From Azonexus sp. (GTDB lineage Bacteria > Pseudomonadota > Gammaproteobacteria > Burkholderiales > Rhodocyclaceae), in assembly GCA_034004105.1 (NCBI GenBank), contig JAVEXE010000001.1, positions 1-61,410 on the forward strand: a DNA stretch of 61,410 nt, in the 5' to 3' direction. Both the position numbers and the translations under genes were made by a program. Numbering within the stretch: position 1 is the first letter of the stretch; every line of letters starts with the position of its first letter. The notes beneath the pieces were generated by a model. That model was not told where the DNA came from. It searched no databases and was given only the letters and a program-made list of their open reading frames with translations. Of this stretch, positions 57,942-61,410 are shown in pieces.

Positions 57942-58553
57942 ATGAACACATCCCAAGCCATCCGCGAGCGCATCGCGACTCTACCCGCCGAAAAACCCTT
58001 CACCCCAGCCCAATTCGCTGGGTTGGGTTCGCGTGCGTCCATTGACCAGGCCCTGATGCGCCTGACCAAGGATGCCCGCATCGAGCGACTCGGCCGAGGT
58101 CTTTACGTCGTGCCCAAAACCAGCCGCTTTGGTCTGAAGGCCATGCCCTCGCCTGAAACCGTGGCGCAGATGGTCGCTGCCAACGAAGGGGCGTCAATCG
58201 AGGTTCACGGTGCTGAGTCAGCGCGCCGCTTTGGCTTCAGCACCCAAGTGCCAACCCAACCGGTTTTCTACACAACCGGTTCATCGCATACAGTGCGGAT
58301 AGGCAAGCTACAGGTGCGCTTACAACACGTTGCTGCGCGGAAGCTGGCGTTGGCCGGTCGCCCGGCTGGCATGGCCTTGTCCGCACTGTGGTACCTCGGT
58401 CGTCGGCAGGTAACGCCCACCACCTTTGAGCGCATCGCTGCCAAGCTGCCCCAGGCTGAATTCGAGGTGCTGCGCAACGCAAAATCCTCGATGCCGGCCT
58501 GGATGCTGGAAGCCCTTCGCCGTTACGAAGAAGGCGTGGTGACTCATGGCTAA
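57942..58553 (+). CDS. AbiEi-type antitoxin (DUF6088-like)
   Basis: N-terminal wHTH, IERLGRGLY, GFSTQVP, MPAWM. Confidence 0.85.
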   Translation: MNTSQAIRERIATLPAEKPFTPAQFAGLGSRASIDQALMRLTKDARIERLGRGLYVVPKTSRFGLKAMPSPETVAQMVAANEGASIEVHGAESARRFGFSTQVPTQPVFYTTGSSHTVRIGKLQVRLQHVAARKLALAGRPAGMALSALWYLGRRQVTPTTFERIAAKLPQAEFEVLRNAKSSMPAWMLEALRRYEEGVVTHG

Positions 58554-59574
58554 ATTGAACCGGGAAAACTACTTCAACCTGTCTGTCAGCGAACAAGCCG
58601 GTCTGCTTCAGAGTTTGGCGCCCATCATGGGGCGCCGGGCCGAGATTCTCGAAAAAGACATCTGGCTATGCCTGGTTCTCCAAATCCTGTTTCATCTTCC
58701 GTGCCGCAAGCCGATGGCTTTCAAGGGTGGCACGTCCCTTTCGAAGGTTTACAAGGCAATTGATCGATTCTCCGAGGATATCGACGTCACGGTCGATTAC
58801 CGCAGCTTGGTGGGCGAGGCACCTGAATTGGAGTTAATTACCAGCAACAGCCAACGCAGCAAGCTGTCGGATGCATTGAAATCCGCGCTTACCACGCATG
58901 TCGTCGATGAACTGGTGCCAGCGTTACGCAATGCCTTGTCGGCAGCACTACCCAACCAGCCCACCAGTATCGAGGTCAGCGACGACGCCGAAAAGCTCTG
59001 GGTGTTCTACCCCAGCGCCGTCGAGAACACCGACGCCTATCTGCGCCCGAGCATCCTGATCGAATTCGGCGGACGTAACTCGACCTTGCCGCAAAGCACG
59101 CTGTCCATCGCACCCGACATCGCCGAACACATTCCCCAGTTGGCATTGCCGGTGGCGCAAATCACGGTGCTGTCGGCTGCCCGGACCTTTTGGGAAAAGG
59201 CAACGCTGATCCACGTCGAGTGTCACCGACCGTCTCTGCGGCCGAGTGCCGAGCGATTATCACGTCATTGGTATGACCTGGCTCGACTCGCTGATCACGA
59301 GGTTGGCAAACAGGCCCTAGAGGACACTGAACTGCTGCGTGACGTCCTGCGTATCAAGGAAACCTTCTACCGCAGCAAGTTCAGCCACTACGACCGCTGC
59401 ACTACGGGCGGGTTGCGCTTGATCCCTGATGCCCAACTGCTGGAGGTGCTGCGCCAAGACTACCAAGCAATGCTGGCCGCGCAGATGTTCTACGGAGACA
59501 CCGTGAAGTTCGAGGAGATTGTGGAACGCTTGCGGGTTCTGGAGGCAACGATAAACAGCCTCAGTCGAAAATGA
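58546..59574 (+). CDS. AbiEii nucleotidyltransferase toxin
   Basis: LEKDIW, FKGGTSLSKVY, RFSEDID, RTFWEK, SRHWYD. Confidence 0.9.
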   Translation: MAKLNRENYFNLSVSEQAGLLQSLAPIMGRRAEILEKDIWLCLVLQILFHLPCRKPMAFKGGTSLSKVYKAIDRFSEDIDVTVDYRSLVGEAPELELITSNSQRSKLSDALKSALTTHVVDELVPALRNALSAALPNQPTSIEVSDDAEKLWVFYPSAVENTDAYLRPSILIEFGGRNSTLPQSTLSIAPDIAEHIPQLALPVAQITVLSAARTFWEKATLIHVECHRPSLRPSAERLSRHWYDLARLADHEVGKQALEDTELLRDVLRIKETFYRSKFSHYDRCTTGGLRLIPDAQLLEVLRQDYQAMLAAQMFYGDTVKFEEIVERLRVLEATINSLSRK

Positions 59575-60157
59575 CTGCATAACGACAGAGCCATAAATGC
59601 TCGTCGCGGACTGCTGCACAGCGCTGCTAAGCCAGCATGCGACCGCAAGCAGCTCAACATGTTGATCTATAAGCTTATCTAGCTCTCCTGTTCAGGATGG
59701 GTGAAGTTATCGGGGAAAAATCGCATTCTTGATAATGGGGATTATCATGAACACAACATGCCATCTATTGCCAGAATTGCTAATCGTAGCAACGGATCCA
59801 AGCATTGGGCCAGATTACGGTTTGACTGTCGGTCTACTGCATAGGTGAATGAGCGCAGACGGTCACGTGATAACCGTCACTCGATCTGAGCAATAGACAT
59901 CCAGGGGACTGCTCCACTCTGAAACCTGCCGGATACCCAAGACGTGCTAATCGGCCTGAGCTGACCGTGGGACTGCGGTCAGTGTCGGTCGGCAAAGCGC
60001 CGGTCAACGGCCCTTCAGTCGCTGATGGAGGTCAATGGCTGCTCCCCCGCCTGGCGAACTCACACAAGCGACCCCATGCAGCCTTTCACCTTGGCCGGTT
60101 TTCGGGCAGGAATCGCCTTGTTACAGTCATTCAGGATAATCCACCGTGGTTCCTGAA

Positions 60158-60934
60158 CTAACCATGATTGTGATTCGTTTTCAGATAGATGTCGCTGGTT
60201 CGCATGTGGTTGAGCTCCCACTCCATCAACTTGCCATAGACCTCACTGGCGGTGAGAGGGGTATGTGACATCGATTCAAACTGGAGATTGACCAGTTCCT
60301 CAAGGAAGTGTTGATGCTGGGCGATGTGCTGTTCGATGTGGTGCTCCTCAATGCCCTTGGACTTCATGTAGCTCTCTTCGGTATCGAAGTGCGTCAGGAA
60401 CAGATGGTTCAGCGAGGACAGGAGTTCGCTGGCATGTTCTGCATAGACCCTCTCTTCTTTATTATCCAGCAGCCTTTGTGTCAGGGCATGCAATTCCTTG
60501 TGCTGGGAATCGATGATCGGGACACCGGTTAGCAGTTCGACCGGGAGGTCATTTAAGATCTGGTTGGATTCAACCTGATTTTCAAGGATAAGCTGGATAC
60601 GACGATCCACCTTGAGGTTGTCCATCAGGTTGAAGAGTTGGGTAGAAGTGGCAATTAGCGTGGTGTCGAAGTAGTTTCGTACTTCCTCCGACCCCTTGTC
60701 TTTCAAAAGACGCAGCAACTCGCAGGTCTGTTCATGGAAATGTTGGTGTACCTGCTTGATCTCCGAAAAATGCTTCAGAGACTGATAAGAAGTATCCGCC
60801 GTATCAAGCCATTTGCCGAAGTTGCACTCATGGGCATTGCTGTTAACGTCGATGTTTTCAATGCCGTCTAGCTTCCAGTCAAGGTGCAGGAGATAGATTT
60901 TGTGGCTACTTTGTGCGATGTCAATTTGGTACAT
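60158..60934 (-). CDS. CZB domain-bacteriohemerythrin fusion protein
   Basis: CZB: H...HECNFGKW...HQHFH. Hemerythrin: TGVPIIDSQH, HFDTEE, HIAQH, NHMRTSD. Start uncertain. Confidence 0.8.
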   Translation of the reverse strand: MYQIDIAQSSHKIYLLHLDWKLDGIENIDVNSNAHECNFGKWLDTADTSYQSLKHFSEIKQVHQHFHEQTCELLRLLKDKGSEEVRNYFDTTLIATSTQLFNLMDNLKVDRRIQLILENQVESNQILNDLPVELLTGVPIIDSQHKELHALTQRLLDNKEERVYAEHASELLSSLNHLFLTHFDTEESYMKSKGIEEHHIEQHIAQHQHFLEELVNLQFESMSHTPLTASEVYGKLMEWELNHMRTSDIYLKTNHNHG

Positions 60935-61187
60935 GGCAGGAAAGAGTATGTTTATCAAAAAAACTTTAGGCAATTTTAATATAGCCCCGTCTGACCTTCG
61001 TTTCTGTGTCACAAGCCATAGTCGTATCAGGAGATGGTTACACCATTTCGCCAATATCGGCTCAAGATTCATTGCTGACGTTGGTTCATCACAGGTTCCG
61101 GACGGCTTTTGGCCGAATGCACGAATACAACATGATGCCATAAAGCGGCCGCACGGGTGGTGCGCTCGTGCAGCCGCAAGGTGCTGG

Positions 61188-61262
61188 CTAGATTTCAGTC
61201 TGCTCCGAAATCTCCAGCGCATCGTCCACCTCGATGCCGAGGTAGCGAACGGTGCTTTCCAG
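61188..61262 (-). pseudogene. C-terminal fragment of a small tyrosine recombinase
   Basis: Translates as LESTVRYLGIEVDDALEISEQTEI* (catalytic Tyr region), cut off by the repeat. Confidence 0.85.
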
Positions 61263-61263
61263 C

Positions 61264-61410
61264 CTATGTCCCGTAGTACATAGACTCGACTATCTCCCGC
61301 GCCGGACTATGTCCCGCAGCACATGCAAACGCCAATGGCCGGGCATGTACATGCACTTCGCGGGACATAGGTGGCCGCGCTACAAGCCCTTGAGAAACGC
61401 GAGTAGCGGA
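61264..61410 (+). mobile_element. End of the RIT-like repeated element, right copy
   Basis: 61284-61410 is the reverse complement of 1-127; extra CTATGT-N8-ACATAG unit at 61264-61283. Confidence 0.6.

Noticed and set aside
59575-60157. Structured ncRNA or attC site in this intergenic region
   Set aside because: Only short hairpins; no recognisable RNA family or attC core pair.
60935-61222. N-terminal 96 codons of ORF 60158..61222
   Set aside because: They overlap the recombinase remnant and AT-rich promoter-like DNA; domain similarity starts near 60934.

Overview
A 61.4-kb segment of a large conjugative replicon, most likely a betaproteobacterial plasmid (taxon inferred from GC content and protein style only). 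The backbone has four parts: (1) an F/IncC-type T4SS operon on the minus strand (slt-ompA-orf-traA-L-E-K-B-dsbC-V-C-trbI-F-H-G) with a convergent entry-exclusion candidate; (2) traD plus a DUF4400 gene, and mobI with an oriT-like palindrome cluster; (3) a TrfA-family replication initiator with 7 iterons and a DnaA box; (4) a ParMRC-type partition locus and a large tyrosine recombinase. No relaxase, traW, traU, trbC, traN or pilin peptidase is visible. The cargo is mostly defence and addiction genes: a type II CBASS (CapV, CD-NTase, Cap2, Cap3) with divergent CapH/CapP-like regulators and two extra leader ORFs, a type I R-M system, a ParB/DGQHR-like + HEPN pair, a RecQ-UvrD fusion helicase, and TacAT, HipBA, VapBC, two AbiE-type modules and a candidate new AbrB-type TA. 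Both ends are the same 127-bp sequence in inverted orientation. It looks like a RIT-element end, and each copy interrupts a different tyrosine recombinase gene at the same catalytic motif. A palindrome AAAAGCAT-N9-ATGCTTTT sits in front of the transfer, replication and partition operons. All protein calls come from motif recognition by eye; no database searches were run.
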